Of a stretch of 64,000 nt of DNA, positions 63,075 through 64,000 are shown in pieces; position 1 is the first letter of the stretch, and every line of letters begins with the position of its first letter. The notes beneath the pieces were generated by a model that saw only the letters and a program-made list of their open reading frames with translations, ran no database searches and was not told where the DNA came from. This DNA comes from Mobula hypostoma (Eukaryota): positions 28,832,001 to 28,896,000 of the forward strand of contig NC_086109.1 of NCBI RefSeq assembly GCF_963921235.1, read 5' to 3'. The position numbers and the translations under genes were made by a program.

Positions 63075-63699
63075 TCTGGCCAGATTGTACTGTCAGGATG
63101 CTGGAGCAGGGTTTCAATCACAGACCCAGTACTGTGCACACAGTGATATTAATTGAGTAACAATTCCCGAGGTGCAAACAAAGTCGACGTCAAAGTTCAG
63201 GCAAAGATCAAAACATCCAGAGAAATTCATAAACCAGAATCGGGAAACAGGCAGAGTCAATATTCAGACGGACAGAGTACAGATATAAATGCTGGAAAGG
63301 CTCAGGAAAATTCACTGTCACAACCTGGCAACAGGTGAAAACACAGGATTAAAATTCACTGAGCAATAAACAGAGAGGCAGATGATAGGTTGAGCACAAT
63401 GAGACAGAAGTGGCAGCAAAATAGGTAATAATGAGAAACAGGTGAGAGGCAGAGTACTCAGTAATACAGGGACCAGAGCAGAGCAGGAGTGGGGGCAGGA
63501 GCACATGGCAATACAAAACCACAGACTGACAGTAAGGGGCAAAACACACAAAAAGACAAAGTTCAACTGGAGGTACTGACAACTAGGTGTAGAAGTGGAC
63601 AGAACACATTGTTCATTTCCTTGATCCATGAGAAATCAAGGAATCCATTATTCTTTGATTGGGACTACATACCTAATAACATGAGTACTTCTGCAGTAT

Positions 63700-64000
63700 A
63701 CACCTGTTATAGCATAAATTACAGTTGAAAGCTCTGCCTACACTTCCCACTGCCTAGGATGGCAGCCAATATAATCAAGGGCCCCTCCAACTCTTATTAT
63801 TCTCTTCTCTCCCAACTCATCAGCCTGCCCCATCAAGAAGAAGATATGAAATACTAAGAACATCACCATGCTAAATGACAGGTTCTATCCCACTGTTATA
63901 AGACTATTGAATGGCCCTCATGATAAAGATGAACTCTTCACTTCTCAGTCTATCACATTTTGTCTACCTGCACTGCAGTATCTCTGTATCATTAATGTTA
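63700..64000 (+). mobile_element. Old Rex1/Babar 3' fragment
   Basis: [21 protein letters not shown] remnants. Confidence 0.65.

Larger units (their letters stand above)
56361..63581 (-). mobile_element. Chromoviral (Tf1/sushi-group) Gypsy LTR retrotransposon, defective
   Basis: 5' LTR 63091-63581; 3' LTR 56361-56694 + 59450-59630. 5-bp TSD accag / actag; G-rich PPT at 59631-59650. gag, CCHC knuckle, protease LVDS, RT, integrase, and chromodomain [24 protein letters not shown] near 59730-59830. Confidence 0.95.

Noticed and set aside
1..64000. CRISPR array, prokaryotic operon or endogenous non-retroviral virus
   Set aside because: No regularly spaced repeat-spacer array, no gene-dense stretch and no viral hallmark proteins seen; the DNA is vertebrate repeat-rich sequence.

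Overview
Repeat-dominated, gene-poor vertebrate genomic DNA. The mix of CR1, Rex1/Babar, RTE, Penelope and V-SINE elements suggests a cartilaginous fish, probably a ray or skate (inference). I found no host protein-coding exon, rRNA, tRNA gene or CRISPR array that I can support. Essentially all long ORFs in the track are transposon remnants or their antisense shadows. Main content: (i) young CR1 LINEs (16987-20037, 34782-36216); (ii) many Rex1/Babar LINEs, including two young copies of one family (9095-12162 minus, 42010-43480 plus); (iii) an RTE LINE (27815-30608); (iv) Penelope-like GIY-YIG elements; (v) two internally deleted Gypsy elements with both LTRs and 5-bp TSDs (39437-43847 and 56361-63581, the latter a Tf1/sushi chromovirus); (vi) three solo LTRs; (vii) tRNA-derived and RTE-derived SINE-like elements; (viii) Tc1, mariner, Tigger and hAT derivatives. 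The most interesting signals are RNA-structural: minimal hammerhead ribozymes in the Penelope termini (intact cores at 2609-2646 minus and 33024-33061 plus, plus about eight decayed copies, some in fold-back mini-elements), and a self-priming PBS/LTR complementarity in the chromoviral Gypsy. Four-TIR composite MITEs and a multi-level transposon nest are also present. Boundaries of old elements are approximate.
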